Of a DNA stretch of 64,000 nucleotides, positions 43,202-54,076 are shown one piece after another. The DNA comes from Nitrospirota bacterium (lineage in GTDB: Bacteria; Nitrospirota; UBA9217): NCBI GenBank assembly GCA_963845065.1, contig CAWJQQ010000001.1, forward strand, positions 256,001-320,000, read 5' to 3'. Position numbers and translations under genes: made by a program. Position 1 is the stretch's first letter. Every line of letters starts with the position of its first letter. The notes beneath the pieces were generated by a model that searched no databases, had not been told where the DNA came from, and saw nothing but the letters and a program-made list of their open reading frames with translations.

Positions 43202-43843
43202 ATGGCTAATATCGGGAATAACATATTGTATACTATGTCAGGATTTACTCTCCTTATAGGTATCGTAGAGTGTTTTTTTGGATATAGAATGTTAAAAATA
43301 ATACTAGGCATCACTGGCTTTATTGTCATTGGTTGGCTGTGTGCAGGGTTCGTCAATGAAATCTTAGGAAACCATCCTGTGATTGCGTTAATAGCAGGAT
43401 TAGTTGGCGGAGTGATCGGTAGCGTTATGATGATTGGTTTTTTTGTTTTTGGAGTGTTTATCTTAGGCGCAATTCTCGGATTAATAATAGGTCAAGATAT
43501 CAGTACAATTTTTTTGGGGGCGGTCAATCCCCTTATTGTAATTCCACTTGTCATTATTGGAGGTATTGCAGCGATAATCATGTACAAAAGCATGATTATC
43601 ATTTCGACCTCTTTTATAGGTGCTTACTTAATTGTATTTTCTATTGGGAAGTTTATAGGAATGCAGAACACTATATTCAGATTCCACTATTTTAATGTAT
43701 TACGGGAAACTGGCGGTCAATTCCTTATTATGTTATTGTTTTGTACTCTCGTAGGGGTTGCTGGAATAATCGTTCAGAATAAATATACGGCGACATCAGC
43801 CGGACCGGGACAGTATGAAGAAAGCAAGGGGCGAGAGATATAA
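43202..43843 (+). CDS. DUF4203/TMEM198-like membrane protein
   Basis: CFFGYR..K....I.GF..G, STSFIGAY, GIIVQ. Confidence 0.85.
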   Translation: MANIGNNILYTMSGFTLLIGIVECFFGYRMLKIILGITGFIVIGWLCAGFVNEILGNHPVIALIAGLVGGVIGSVMMIGFFVFGVFILGAILGLIIGQDISTIFLGAVNPLIVIPLVIIGGIAAIIMYKSMIIISTSFIGAYLIVFSIGKFIGMQNTIFRFHYFNVLRETGGQFLIMLLFCTLVGVAGIIVQNKYTATSAGPGQYEESKGREI

Positions 43844-44289
43844 CCTCTTATCGTTATCACTTTTCTCATTTGGTTTTGAGTCCAAAATTGTATAGTTGAA
43901 TGTATACCTGACAAGGGAGAGCAGGGGATAATAGCGTTAAATATACTATTTCCATTTAAGGTGGTTATCCAACAATATCAAATACAGGACACTAAGAGCG
44001 AATAACTCAATAGGAGTTTAAGCGCCTTCACAGAGCAGTGGTCGCTGGTTCTAAGTGTCTTGATACTGTCCTGTAAAAGAAAAAGGCATTTTCACATGCT
44101 TTAAGTCTATGTTTTGCTGAGTCTAAAAAAAGGGATATTTCACACATTCGGGCGCCCTACCTTAAGGTTATTTACAACGGTATGCACCTTTTATTTACAA
44201 AGACATGTGCATATTACGGCGGATGTACTTGCCAGCGTGCCGGTTGAATCCTTCCGCATTACGATCACATTTCAGCCAGCGTTCTGGAT

Positions 44290-44460
44290 AACTTCCACAC
44301 TGCAATTTCTTAAAAAGTACCTATCATGCGGAAGTACAGACTTCAAGCCGAAAATTAGTATCGTGCTGAGCAGATAGATATCATCACATACACCTACGAG
44401 TATGTACCTTCCACTATTCGAGTCTATTAACAACTACCAGTTGAAACATGTTAACAACGA
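44290..44460 (+). repeat. Degenerate CACCTAC-core site (core 44391-44397)
   Basis: Exact core, upstream TGCAATTTC, downstream TACCAGTTGAAACATG; left arm shortened. Confidence 0.55.
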
Positions 44461-44624
44461 ATCTCGATCTGCGGTGATAATTCCGCGAGTTCATTCGGAC
44501 CACAACGTCCCAAATGTGTCCCTAACCTGAGCCATTTCAAAATGAAAACATTTGAGAAATTGAGAGTTTTGGAATTAATTGGCTTGCTTGAATTTCTGTG
44601 TCCATCTGTGTTAGACTCCTTTCC

Positions 44625-45860
44625 ATGATTACCGCGCTCATCATCTTCTTCGTCACCTACATATTCATCGGGCTGCGCCAGATACCGCGACTCCGCATCG
44701 ATCGCCCTGCTGGAGCTCTCGTGGGTGCTGTGCTCATGGTCGTGACTGGCGTGCTCACCCTCGATCAGGCATTTGCCGCGATCGACATGCACATCCTGCT
44801 TCTCCTGCTCGGTATGATGATCATCACGGTGTATCTTAGGACAGCCGGTTTCTTCGAGCTTATGGCCGACAAGATCCTTTCGCTTTCCGCCACGCCGCTT
44901 CAGCTTCTTATCTTCGTAATCCTCTCCTCTGGGCTGCTCTCTGCTTTGTTCGTGAACGACACCATCTGCCTTCTCTATACTCCGATCATCCTTGAGATCA
45001 CAGCGCAGCTCGGCGTAAACTCTATGCCGTATCTGATTGCGCTCGCAACGTCATCGAACATCGGGAGCGTCATGACCGTCACCGGCAATCCACAGAACAT
45101 GTTGATAGGCATCTATTCGAAAATTCCTTATCTCTCATTCATCGGAGCACTGTTCCCAGTCGCGCTTGCAGGGTTTGTAGTTTGCTTCGGCGTCATCTGG
45201 TTTCTCTACAGGAAAGAAATAACGACTCAGGCGTTTTCTTCACGTCCCACGATACCACAGTATCACGTGAGAAAGGCACTGCTCGTGAAATCGCTCCTTG
45301 TCTGCGCGGCCATGCTTGTTTCTTTTTCACTCGGACAACCTTATTCCCTCATGGCAGCGGCAGGTGCTGCGACGCTCTTGCTCATTGGAAGGGTGCGCAC
45401 AGAAAAAATACTAAAAGGCGTAGACTGGACGCTCCTCGCGTTTTTCGCCAGCCTGTTTGTCGTGATGCGCGGCGTGGAGGAGTCGGGAGTTGCCGATGCG
45501 GCGATCAAATGGATCGGAGATCTGTCAGCACTCCCGCCCACGGGCCGAATCGCGGGCCTGTCGCTTGTCTCGGTGTTCCTATCGAATATCGTGAGCAACG
45601 TTCCTGCAGTGGTGCTGCTCAAGCCGCTGATGCTCTCGCTCGGCGGAAGTCACATTCTCTGGCTTGCGCTTGCCATGAGCAGCACTCTGGCCGGAAATTT
45701 AACACTCATTGGTTCTGTCGCGAACCTGATCGTGGTGCAGGAGGCGCGGAAAAATGCCGAGATAGGTTTTATGGAATATTTCCGTGCAGGCGCGATCATA
45801 ACGATCATTACCGTCATAATCGGAATACTGGTTCTCACACTCCGCATCGATTCTTATTGA
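44625..45860 (+). CDS. ArsB/NhaD (YbiR-like) anion transporter
   Basis: IDRPAGALVGA, SALFVNDT, SNIGSV.T.TGNPQN, SNIVSNVPA, STLAGN. Confidence 0.92.
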   Translation: MITALIIFFVTYIFIGLRQIPRLRIDRPAGALVGAVLMVVTGVLTLDQAFAAIDMHILLLLLGMMIITVYLRTAGFFELMADKILSLSATPLQLLIFVILSSGLLSALFVNDTICLLYTPIILEITAQLGVNSMPYLIALATSSNIGSVMTVTGNPQNMLIGIYSKIPYLSFIGALFPVALAGFVVCFGVIWFLYRKEITTQAFSSRPTIPQYHVRKALLVKSLLVCAAMLVSFSLGQPYSLMAAAGAATLLLIGRVRTEKILKGVDWTLLAFFASLFVVMRGVEESGVADAAIKWIGDLSALPPTGRIAGLSLVSVFLSNIVSNVPAVVLLKPLMLSLGGSHILWLALAMSSTLAGNLTLIGSVANLIVVQEARKNAEIGFMEYFRAGAIITIITVIIGILVLTLRIDSY

Positions 45861-45957
45861 CCTCACTGCAGCAATGTCTTCGTCCTGATCGCTATGGCGA
45901 GACCGATGCCCGTCGACTTCGAACACATTCTCTAGGTATTTTTAGGGAATAGGATTA

Positions 45958-46150
45958 TAAATTTAAGATCGTATTATGCAATTTCGATAAGTCGAAACTG
46001 CCACGGGATACAGGGTGGACAATTTACTAAAAGTTATGATCGACATTCTTCATATCAATCAATTTAAAACCTCTGTGAACTGCACCTACAGGCTTGCAGC
46101 GGTGTTGAATAAAATTCAATGCAAAATGCAACGTGAACAGTGCATATGAA
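45958..46150 (+). repeat. CACCTAC-core site (core 46083-46089)
   Basis: TGCAA 45977, CAGGG 46011, core 46083 (spacings 34 and 72). Confidence 0.85.
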
Positions 46151-46224
46151 CACCCTGGATCCCCGTCGCAGTTAGCGTCCGGTGAATCCATTTGTTAGAC
46201 GATGTTCTATTATTGCATATTCAG

Positions 46225-46790
46225 AGTTGTTTCACGATTTTTGCAGGAACTCCCGCTACTAAACAATTTGGCGGAACATCTTTTGTAACCACTGCTCCTG
46301 CTGCCACAACTGAATTTTCACCGATAGCAATACATGGCATTATGTAGCAGCTATTCCAGTCCAAGCATTTTTCTTAATAACAATTGGTTTAAATGTGATA
46401 TAACTTCTTCTCTGGGAAGGGTCTGACGGATAACCACCAGTAACAAGATTAACTTTTGGAGCAATCAATACATCATCTTCCACTATAATACCGCCTATGT
46501 CTATAAATGTGCAAGCGCAATTGACAAAAACAATTTTTACCTATTTGGATATTATGCCCGAAATTCGTGTAAAATGAAGGAATAATTTTAAAGCCGTCAC
46601 CAACCTTTTCCCCAATTAGCTTACTGAAAACAACTCGAATTTGTTTGAAATCATCAGTAACCAATGAATTCAGTTTCACAGTTATACGCATTGCATTTTT
46701 AATTTGTTTGAAGAGTTCGGGGAATTCTGGGTCATTTACACTTATTACTCCGCCTGATAAATCCCGTTCAGAAATATTTGTTGACTTTTT
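46225..46790 (-). pseudogene. Sugar (maltose-type) O-acetyltransferase with frameshifts
   Basis: [59 protein letters not shown] in different frames. Confidence 0.85.
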
Positions 46791-47091
46791 TTTATGTCCT
46801 TCTCCGTTTTAAATCTCTACTTAATGGTAGTCCAGTGTATTAGCCGAAGCTTGAAAATAAAATATCGTCTAACCAGTAATTGTCTCGTTAGGACTAAGTC
46901 GTAAAGAACGAATTTTCGGTATTATAGGAAAGAGATTTTATAATGTTCAGGATTGCGGAGCAAGGTAAGGAATATTGGACCGAAAGAGAGCGAGCGGGTA
47001 TGTAGCGCAAGAGCAATGCAGAAGATGTTGTCACCGCGTAGCGGTTTAGTTCAACAGGAAGAATTATTTATAAATTAGAACCGATTGCAAG

Positions 47092-47430
47092 TCAGGCAGA
47101 TTTCGAAGGTCTTAGGGGATCAGGCGCTATCGGAGACGGACCCCAAACTTGAGACTTCATATTGAGCACAAATGACTTTTTCAGTTCCTCTATGAGTGTT
47201 GTCCATTCCTTTTTAATTTCAAACCTGTTCCAGTCTGCCACGGTCTCCCAATTTAGCTCAATCAATACTTCTGGAGACCCCGACATACTTCGCTTAGCAC
47301 GTATCTCAATAATGCCTTGTTGCTGAAATATGAGAACAATTGCTTTTTTTAAAAACTGGAAATAAGCATCTTGGTCAATATTAGGCAATAAATCATACGT
47401 AAGAGCAACTTCGATCATAGTACTCTCCAC
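47092..47430 (-). CDS. Antibiotic-biosynthesis-monooxygenase-like protein
   Basis: Dimeric alpha/beta barrel pattern; VWGPSP..P.PLRP C-terminus. Confidence 0.65.
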   Translation of the reverse strand: MESTMIEVALTYDLLPNIDQDAYFQFLKKAIVLIFQQQGIIEIRAKRSMSGSPEVLIELNWETVADWNRFEIKKEWTTLIEELKKSFVLNMKSQVWGPSPIAPDPLRPSKSA

Positions 47431-47639
47431 TTCCCATTCTCACGGGCTATAACTTATTGGTACTCATTTACCAAAGCCGGATTTGCGATGTTGCCTAATT
47501 TAGCAATGAATATGTCTGACTAAACGCGGATTTCACATAAAATATACCTGACTCACAACGATGTCAACGAGAATAAGTTTTATTGATATCGAAGAGGTAT
47601 AGCGATGGGGTATTTCATGGGTAGGTGAGGTAGCAACTT

Positions 47640-47825
47640 CTACATGAAAAGTGCATCTCGATTGATTAGGTCGGATGTGCAGTGTTCAGGATGACGAGTT
47701 GATCGAAAACTTCATATGGTATTCGTCAAGAGTCTCGTGAGCATTGCGCTCCCAATTCCACCTACAATCTTGCGGTCGTGTTGACTAACTTTCAATGCAG
47801 GATACAACTTGGAACTTGAATAATC
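47640..47825 (+). repeat. CACCTAC-core site (core 47759-47765)
   Basis: CAGGA 47687 (72 nt upstream); right arm resembles the 46083 copy. Confidence 0.85.
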
Positions 47826-47923
47826 GGGCTCAGTAGCAATACGGGGTGCAGCTACGCAACAAAAGGAAGGTTATATTTACATTCCAATAAGATTTTTATT
47901 ACGTGCAAGAAGCATCTTGTGTT

Positions 47924-50830
47924 CTACTTGTCCAGCGCTTCTCGAATCTTTATCAAAAGATCTGCCGGGGAAACTGGTTTAAATACGAATCCTGCTTCCT
48001 CGTCCGAAACACCGCCTTTATTAAAGATATCCTCAGCGTAACCACTCATAAAGATGCACTTGATGTCCGGGACTATTTTTTTAATCTCTCTAAGCACTTC
48101 TTTACCGTTCATCTTGGGCATGATGCCATCGAGGAGAACAAGTCTTATGTTGTCTTTCTTCTCTTTGAACCTCGAAACAGCGTCTGCACCGTTGACCGCA
48201 TCAATAACGGTATAGCCGGCTTCCGTTAAAATGGTCACGGTCAACTTCCGGATTGCTGCATCGTCTTCAGCCACTAAGATGGTCTCCGTCCCGCCCCGGG
48301 CGATGGAACCTTGCCCTTTTATCTTATTAACACTCATAGCCGTGTTTACTCGAGGTAAGTATATCTCCAGGGTCGTCCCTTTCTCGAGTTCGCTATACAC
48401 GTTGATATACCCATTGTGCTGCTTGACAGTCCCGTACGCCATCGACAAGCCCAGTCCCGTGCCCTTGCCTTGCTCCTTCGTGGTAAAAAACGGCTCGAAA
48501 ATCCGAAAGCGGGTCTTTTCATCCATGCCGATTCCAGTATCGGTCACTAAGACAAGAGCATATTTACCCGTTTCACCGAATCCGTGAGTTTCAATGAACT
48601 CTCGATCAATGTGGGCCTCTCTTGTTTCGATGAGCAGTTTCCCGCCGTGCGGCATGGCGTCCCTGGCGTTGGTGACTAGGTTCATGATCACTTGCTCGAT
48701 CTGCCCCCTGTCCGCCATGACGGGGAGAACGCCCTCGGCGCATACGGTTTCCAGGACAATATCCTCTCTGATCAACCGGTGGATAAACTTCTCGAATTCC
48801 TTGACTACAATATTCAGATCGATCACGGCCAGGTTGATGGGTTGTCTCCTACTGAAGGCGAGAAGACTCTGCGTAAGCACGGCAGCCCTGTTGGACGATT
48901 CCAGGATCTGTTCAAGGTTGAGCCGAACCGGGTCGTTTGACGGTAACTTCATCAGCGAGAGGTGGGTGTAACCGATGATTGCCGTGAGGATGTTGTTGAA
49001 GTCGTGTGCCACACCACCGGCAAGCAGACCGATTGCCTCCATCTTCTGCGCTTGCTGGAGTTGCTCTTCCAGTTTCCTCCGCTCTGTGATGTCAAGAATC
49101 ATGGCAAAGGAACCGAGAAAATGATGCTCGGCATCAATGATCGGCGTTGCCGAAACAATTGTCTGCACAACATGTCCGTCTTTGCGCTGCCACCGACGCT
49201 CGAAGTGCTCCGCAATACCTTGGCGCCTCTTCTCCATCTTCAGTGCATAATCGGGCAGGTCCTCTTTAAACAAAAAAGATTCTAATTTTCGACCGAACAT
49301 TTCATTGACCTCATATCCAAACATCTCAGCCATTTGTGCGTTAACAAAGGTAGTTTTGTCAGCTTCATCCATAACCCAAATGCCTTCATTGGCTGTGTCG
49401 ACTATCAGGCGATATCTCTCCTGGCTCTGCCTTAACGCTTTCTCCGCAAATTTACGCTCGGTGATATCGACGTTCGTCCCATAGACGCGGACGGCTTGGC
49501 CCGATTCGTCGCGCACTACTGTGGCGAGGCCGAAGAGCACATGGACACTACCGTCGGGCCAGACCACCCGGAACTCGATATCGCGTGGCCCTCCTTCGGC
49601 GAGGAGTTGCGCATGTCGTTCCATCACAAACGTTCGGTCGTCGGGATGCACCGCGTCGGCGTAGTCCTCGAAACGCGTGCCCTTGCTGCTATCGTCGCCG
49701 AAAAAAATACGGGCGTTCTCCTCGCTGTTGAAAATCTCTCCTGTGAGCAGATTATGTTCCCAACTCCCAGTGTGGCCTAGTTCTTCAGCCTTTCGCAGGA
49801 CTCGTTCGCTCCTGCGCAACTCATCCTCGACCCGTTTTTGTTCGGTTATGTCGCGTAATGTGCAAAAAGTTGATAAGACTTCTCCCGTCCGGGATATTCG
49901 TGGTACGCTCAACCCGTCCAAGTAAATGATTTTCCCATCTTTTGTTCTCCAACGCTCCTCATACTTTCGCGACCGCCCCTCAAATAAATCCTTTATCACC
50001 TCACGGATAATGGGCTGGTTTTCCGGGACGATTAGGTGTTGAAAGATGTTCATCTTACGCAGGTCGGACTGCGGGTAGCCTGTCAGCAGTTCTGCACGGG
50101 GGTTGATGTCTAAGATGTTGCCCTCCTTGTCCGAAAATAAAATAATATCGTAGGATGATTGAAACAATTGGCGGTACTTTGTTTCGCTCTCCTTCAGCTT
50201 GTCTTGATTTATCAGAAGTTCAGCTTTCACCTTTTCGAAGTAGATCAGCAGCATACCGATTGCCGCCATAACCGCAAAAGACTCGCCGAGCGAGTACCCC
50301 CAAGGTGCAAACCACGTAACTTGTCTCAAAAGGGGATAGTCTCCTTTATGTATGCCCCATATAATAAAGGTCCAGCCAACAAAGTACTTTCCGAAGCCCT
50401 GAAGGTTTTGAGTGCGAAGAAAGGCAATGCCAGTCCATATATATATGAACGCCAAGAAGGTAAAGGCTGGAAAGGTCAGTGAAAAAAAACTGAAATTTCC
50501 CCAGATGGCGATGGGAATCCACAATGCAAGCAGGGACGTGCTCAATAGCCAAACCTTCGACATGTCGCGGCCTAGAAACATTGAAACACCCCAAACAAGA
50601 AGCGGTCCACCGAGAAGGTTGAATTCGTAATACCCGAGATCAAACACATTATTTTTGCCAAAAAGAAACACCAGGATAAGGAAGCAGAACCTGATGGAAT
50701 ATAGGGCCCAGCTTGCGCACCAAATAACAAGATATCGTTGGCGGTCCTGTATGTATAAGTAGAAATAAACCAAGGACAGCAACAAGGTGCCTGTCAAAGA
50801 AGCAACTGCTGCCGGCATCAACCAGTTCAT
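47924..50830 (-). CDS. Membrane-bound triple-PAS hybrid histidine kinase/receiver
   Basis: 7 TM, three PAS/PAC domains, LAGGVAHDFNN, GTGLGL, receiver ILVAEDD...LLDGIMP. Confidence 0.95.
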   Translation of the reverse strand: MNWLMPAAVASLTGTLLLSLVYFYLYIQDRQRYLVIWCASWALYSIRFCFLILVFLFGKNNVFDLGYYEFNLLGGPLLVWGVSMFLGRDMSKVWLLSTSLLALWIPIAIWGNFSFFSLTFPAFTFLAFIYIWTGIAFLRTQNLQGFGKYFVGWTFIIWGIHKGDYPLLRQVTWFAPWGYSLGESFAVMAAIGMLLIYFEKVKAELLINQDKLKESETKYRQLFQSSYDIILFSDKEGNILDINPRAELLTGYPQSDLRKMNIFQHLIVPENQPIIREVIKDLFEGRSRKYEERWRTKDGKIIYLDGLSVPRISRTGEVLSTFCTLRDITEQKRVEDELRRSERVLRKAEELGHTGSWEHNLLTGEIFNSEENARIFFGDDSSKGTRFEDYADAVHPDDRTFVMERHAQLLAEGGPRDIEFRVVWPDGSVHVLFGLATVVRDESGQAVRVYGTNVDITERKFAEKALRQSQERYRLIVDTANEGIWVMDEADKTTFVNAQMAEMFGYEVNEMFGRKLESFLFKEDLPDYALKMEKRRQGIAEHFERRWQRKDGHVVQTIVSATPIIDAEHHFLGSFAMILDITERRKLEEQLQQAQKMEAIGLLAGGVAHDFNNILTAIIGYTHLSLMKLPSNDPVRLNLEQILESSNRAAVLTQSLLAFSRRQPINLAVIDLNIVVKEFEKFIHRLIREDIVLETVCAEGVLPVMADRGQIEQVIMNLVTNARDAMPHGGKLLIETREAHIDREFIETHGFGETGKYALVLVTDTGIGMDEKTRFRIFEPFFTTKEQGKGTGLGLSMAYGTVKQHNGYINVYSELEKGTTLEIYLPRVNTAMSVNKIKGQGSIARGGTETILVAEDDAAIRKLTVTILTEAGYTVIDAVNGADAVSRFKEKKDNIRLVLLDGIMPKMNGKEVLREIKKIVPDIKCIFMSGYAEDIFNKGGVSDEEAGFVFKPVSPADLLIKIREALDK

Positions 50831-50890
50831 AAGTTCATCCTTTTGTCATTGCTTCGTCTCAGGAAGCGTGAAGCGTAATTGTTGGCCAGA

Positions 50891-51286
50891 TTATGCGCGG
50901 GACGGCCTTACCATCGTATTAAGCAGATGCTCGAGTACGGCGGTTGGGTTCTTGCAATACCCGGTGTGCACTTGCGATGTTTGAATAATGGTACTTCGAG
51001 GTGCAACGAGCCAATGAAAACGCTCCCGCTGAGATAGTTGGCCAATCGGACCCCCCTGATCTCCACCAGCGCAAATAGCGGGAATCGTCGCCAGATGGGC
51101 CCGGATTGTTTCGACATCCACTGTCGAATCAAGTGCCTTAAGCCGCTGTTCATCCAGTTCAATGCCGGCCTCAAGAAATTCTTTGGACTGGCACCAGATT
51201 ATCACTCCAACATTGACGAACTCTTCACGCTCGACCTTGGGAACGAGGCGAATTATGGCATAATCATACGTACAGTGATCGCGCAC
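50891..51286 (-). CDS. DUF3037 domain protein
   Basis: YDYAIIRLVPKVEREEFVNVGV, RFHWLVAPRSTIIQTS.VH.G. Confidence 0.92.
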   Translation of the reverse strand: MRDHCTYDYAIIRLVPKVEREEFVNVGVIIWCQSKEFLEAGIELDEQRLKALDSTVDVETIRAHLATIPAICAGGDQGGPIGQLSQRERFHWLVAPRSTIIQTSQVHTGYCKNPTAVLEHLLNTMVRPSRA

Positions 51287-52046
51287 GGATCGCCTCCTCC
51301 AGGAAAACATGCGGTTGCTCTAGCCGGTTCATGAGATACTCTAAGTAAGCGTCCCGGTGTCGGTTGCTGTCGCCGAAAACTGTGTCCCCGACCAGCCAAG
51401 CATCAGGAATAAGCTTAACTATGCTTTTAATGACATCCTGCGTTAGCCGCACGGCTATCTTCGAGTCCACCTCCCGAAGCGAGTTTGCAAACGGGAGTAG
51501 GACGTGGTCTTTTATCAGAAGGAAAGGGTCTCGGCTGGATTTCAGGTAGTCGGTCCATGTATGATGGAAGTTGAGGGCCGCCCCGTGATCAATGAGCCAG
51601 GCTCGCCGGTGCCACATAAGCATGTTCGTGTTGCGAGGAGTACGGTCGACGTTTGACATGTAAGCGTCAAACCAGACTATTGAGGAAGCGAGATCCGCGT
51701 CGAGCTTCTCTGCAACCGGGTCAAACGTAACAGCGCCGGATAGGTAGTCAAGCGCGAGATTGAGGCCAGTGCTCGCTTTTATTAGGCTTTGTATTTCCGG
51801 GTCGCGTTCGGTGCGGGCGAGATCAATGTCAATCTTAACGAAGACGATCTCAGGCACCAACAGTCCTGCTGCGCGGGCGATCTCTCCCGCCACTAACTCA
51901 GCGATCAGAGCTTTCGGTCCCTGGCCAGCGCCGTGGAATTTGAGCACATACATCCCATCATCATCGGCTTCGACTATTGCTGGAAGTGATCCACCTTCTC
52001 GCAAGGGAGTTACATACCTCGTGGCACTTACTGTTCTCAATCTCAT
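51264..52046 (-). CDS. HipA-like (HipA_2) kinase
   Basis: RYVTPLREGGSLP, VLKF.GAGQG, NVDRT.RNTN, LIDHGA. Confidence 0.92.
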   Translation of the reverse strand: MRLRTVSATRYVTPLREGGSLPAIVEADDDGMYVLKFHGAGQGPKALIAELVAGEIARAAGLLVPEIVFVKIDIDLARTERDPEIQSLIKASTGLNLALDYLSGAVTFDPVAEKLDADLASSIVWFDAYMSNVDRTPRNTNMLMWHRRAWLIDHGAALNFHHTWTDYLKSSRDPFLLIKDHVLLPFANSLREVDSKIAVRLTQDVIKSIVKLIPDAWLVGDTVFGDSNRHRDAYLEYLMNRLEQPHVFLEEAIRARSLYV

Positions 52047-52191
52047 CGTCTGTTAAGTCCGCTGTTATAATTGCCGCCCCTTGAGAGTCATTTACTCTGC
52101 GGCGGCCACTCCGCATATCTTACTAAAAAGTATAGTCGAATTTAGCATCAAGATAAAGCATAAAGACGGGTATTTTTTAGTTAGATGTTAC

Positions 52192-52410
52192 CGAATTCAG
52201 ATTGTAAATTGATGAGTTTTAAAGAATGACAAGTTCAACATCTTCAGGATGTCGTTTTTGAGAGAAAACTTTATCACAAAATGCAATGATTCAAAATGAA
52301 TTTTACACCGTTGCTAATATTATATGAATATTTTATTCACCTACACGCTTGGAATGGCGACCTGTAAAGAGGAGATACATACTACCGGTTATATCAATGC
52401 ATATTTCTGG
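52192..52410 (+). repeat. CACCTAC-core site (core 52338-52344), long-arm variant
   Basis: CAGGA 52245 (93 nt upstream, as in the 7146 copy); ATGCAATGATTCAAAATGAATT shared with the 7146 copy. Confidence 0.85.
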
Positions 52411-52623
52411 AGGTTAGGATAATATTAAAATTTCCAAGACCTGCAATCGTCAATTGCTTCAGCATGTAATCAACAGAGGAAATTCAGAAATCAACCTTGT
52501 ATATTAAATTAGCAATATCCTTTAATAATTGATATCAAACACAAAATCCGAATACCCATAAAAAAAATAGAAATAACTGTTCATGTTCGATATAATTTAG
52601 TTACCAAAACGAGGAAAGCCTCC

Positions 52624-53739
52624 ATGAACGAATCGACCCCCCGCAGCTATCTCAAGCCCAGCATCAACTGGCTGGCAATTTTCATCCCTATCGCCTTCCT
52701 CATGGGGTATGTCCCGGCCCTGCACAATGAGTTGTGGCTGTTCATAGTGGCCTCTCTGGCAATGGTGGTCTGTTCAGCCTGGATCGGCAATGCCACCGAC
52801 AGACTGGACGATGTAGTGGGACCCACGTGGAGTGGCATGATGAATGCTGCGTTCAGCAATCTGCCGGAACTTATCTTTGGCCTCATCGCGATTTCCAAGG
52901 GGCTCGGCGAGTTGGCGAAGGCCGCCTGGGTCGGAGCCATCATCGGCAACGTGCTGATCGTCATTGGCGCGGCGATGCTGGTGGCAGGCCTCAAGTACGG
53001 CACCGTGAAATTTCCAGCACAACCCGCAAACGATGCCTGCAACAACCTGATCCTAGCGTCGCTCGCTATGTTCCTGCCGAGCCTGTATATCGGCGCCCTC
53101 GGCCACTCGACTAAATCCAGTGCAAACTCTGCCGGGCAGATTTCGCTATGCGTGGCAGCCTTGCTGCTGCTAATGTACATCGCGTCTTTGATATTTACGT
53201 TCACCCGGTCCCGGTCCTACGTCGCCCGCCATCCGTTTGAGGCGAAACCGGACAAGGCTGCTTCGAAATATGGCCCAGAAACGCTAGCAGCTATAGGCGT
53301 TCTGGCCCTGTCCAGCGTGTTGATTGCCTTCCTCTCGGATTTCGTGGCTGAGTCGGTGGATACGGTGAAATCCGCCTGCGGCCTGTCCGAGCTGTTCATC
53401 GGTATCGTCGTAATCGGAACCATTGGTAACGTCGCGGCCATATGGAGCGCAATCCAAGCGGCACTCAAGAACAAGATGGAACTTGCTTATGAGATTGGAA
53501 TGAGCGCGGGTACCCAGATCATCCTGATGGTGGTGCCAGTGCTGGTGTTCGCGTCCCGGCTGTTCGGTCATCCGGTGGACCTTTACTTCAGCAACGCTGA
53601 ACTGGTGGCACTGTTCGGCTGCGCGGTCCTGGTGAGCCGGACGTCCAGCGACGGGGAAACCAACTGGCTCAACGGCCTCCAGATGTTGATCCTATATGCC
53701 CTGATTGGCGCGCTGTTCTTCTTCCTGCCGGGAAGCTGA
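52624..53739 (+). CDS. Ca2+/H+ antiporter (CAX/ChaA family)
   Basis: NAAFSNLPELI, GAIIGN.L, GLSELFIGIVV...IGN; canonical GNAAE appears as GNVAA. Confidence 0.88.
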   Translation: MNESTPRSYLKPSINWLAIFIPIAFLMGYVPALHNELWLFIVASLAMVVCSAWIGNATDRLDDVVGPTWSGMMNAAFSNLPELIFGLIAISKGLGELAKAAWVGAIIGNVLIVIGAAMLVAGLKYGTVKFPAQPANDACNNLILASLAMFLPSLYIGALGHSTKSSANSAGQISLCVAALLLLMYIASLIFTFTRSRSYVARHPFEAKPDKAASKYGPETLAAIGVLALSSVLIAFLSDFVAESVDTVKSACGLSELFIGIVVIGTIGNVAAIWSAIQAALKNKMELAYEIGMSAGTQIILMVVPVLVFASRLFGHPVDLYFSNAELVALFGCAVLVSRTSSDGETNWLNGLQMLILYALIGALFFFLPGS

Positions 53740-53869
53740 TTAGCGATGCCTGAGGAGGACGTTCGTCTGAAATAGAGCCAAGTCATACCGCCGAGTAGAC
53801 CAGCCTCGTGATAGTGTGAAAGCAGAGGGACAATTAATAATTCAATTAGGTATTATTGGGGTAGTTAAC

Positions 53870-54060
53870 AAATTCAGATTGACACATTATGTATTGCAAT
53901 GAATGGCAACATCAACAACTCCAGGATGAGCATATGATTAAAAGTTACGATTGATATTTTTCACTTCAATCAAAACAAAATCACTGTGAAGTGCACCTAC
54001 AAGGTTGCAACGGCGACCGATAAATGGGAGGTGCAGAATATTGGTAGAAACTTACACATA
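53870..54060 (+). repeat. CACCTAC-core site (core 53994-54000)
   Basis: CAGGA 53922 (72 nt upstream); left arm like the 46083 copy, right arm like the 54620 copy. Confidence 0.88.
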
Positions 54061-54076
54061 AACGAGGTGTTGCAAT

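Noticed and set aside
47615..47630. GTAGGTG (reverse core) at ~47622, ATAGGTG at ~19784, CACCTAG at ~7043 and CACCTAT near 12578 and 12627
   Set aside because: Arm motifs at the expected spacing are absent or unconvincing; may be chance or very decayed copies.
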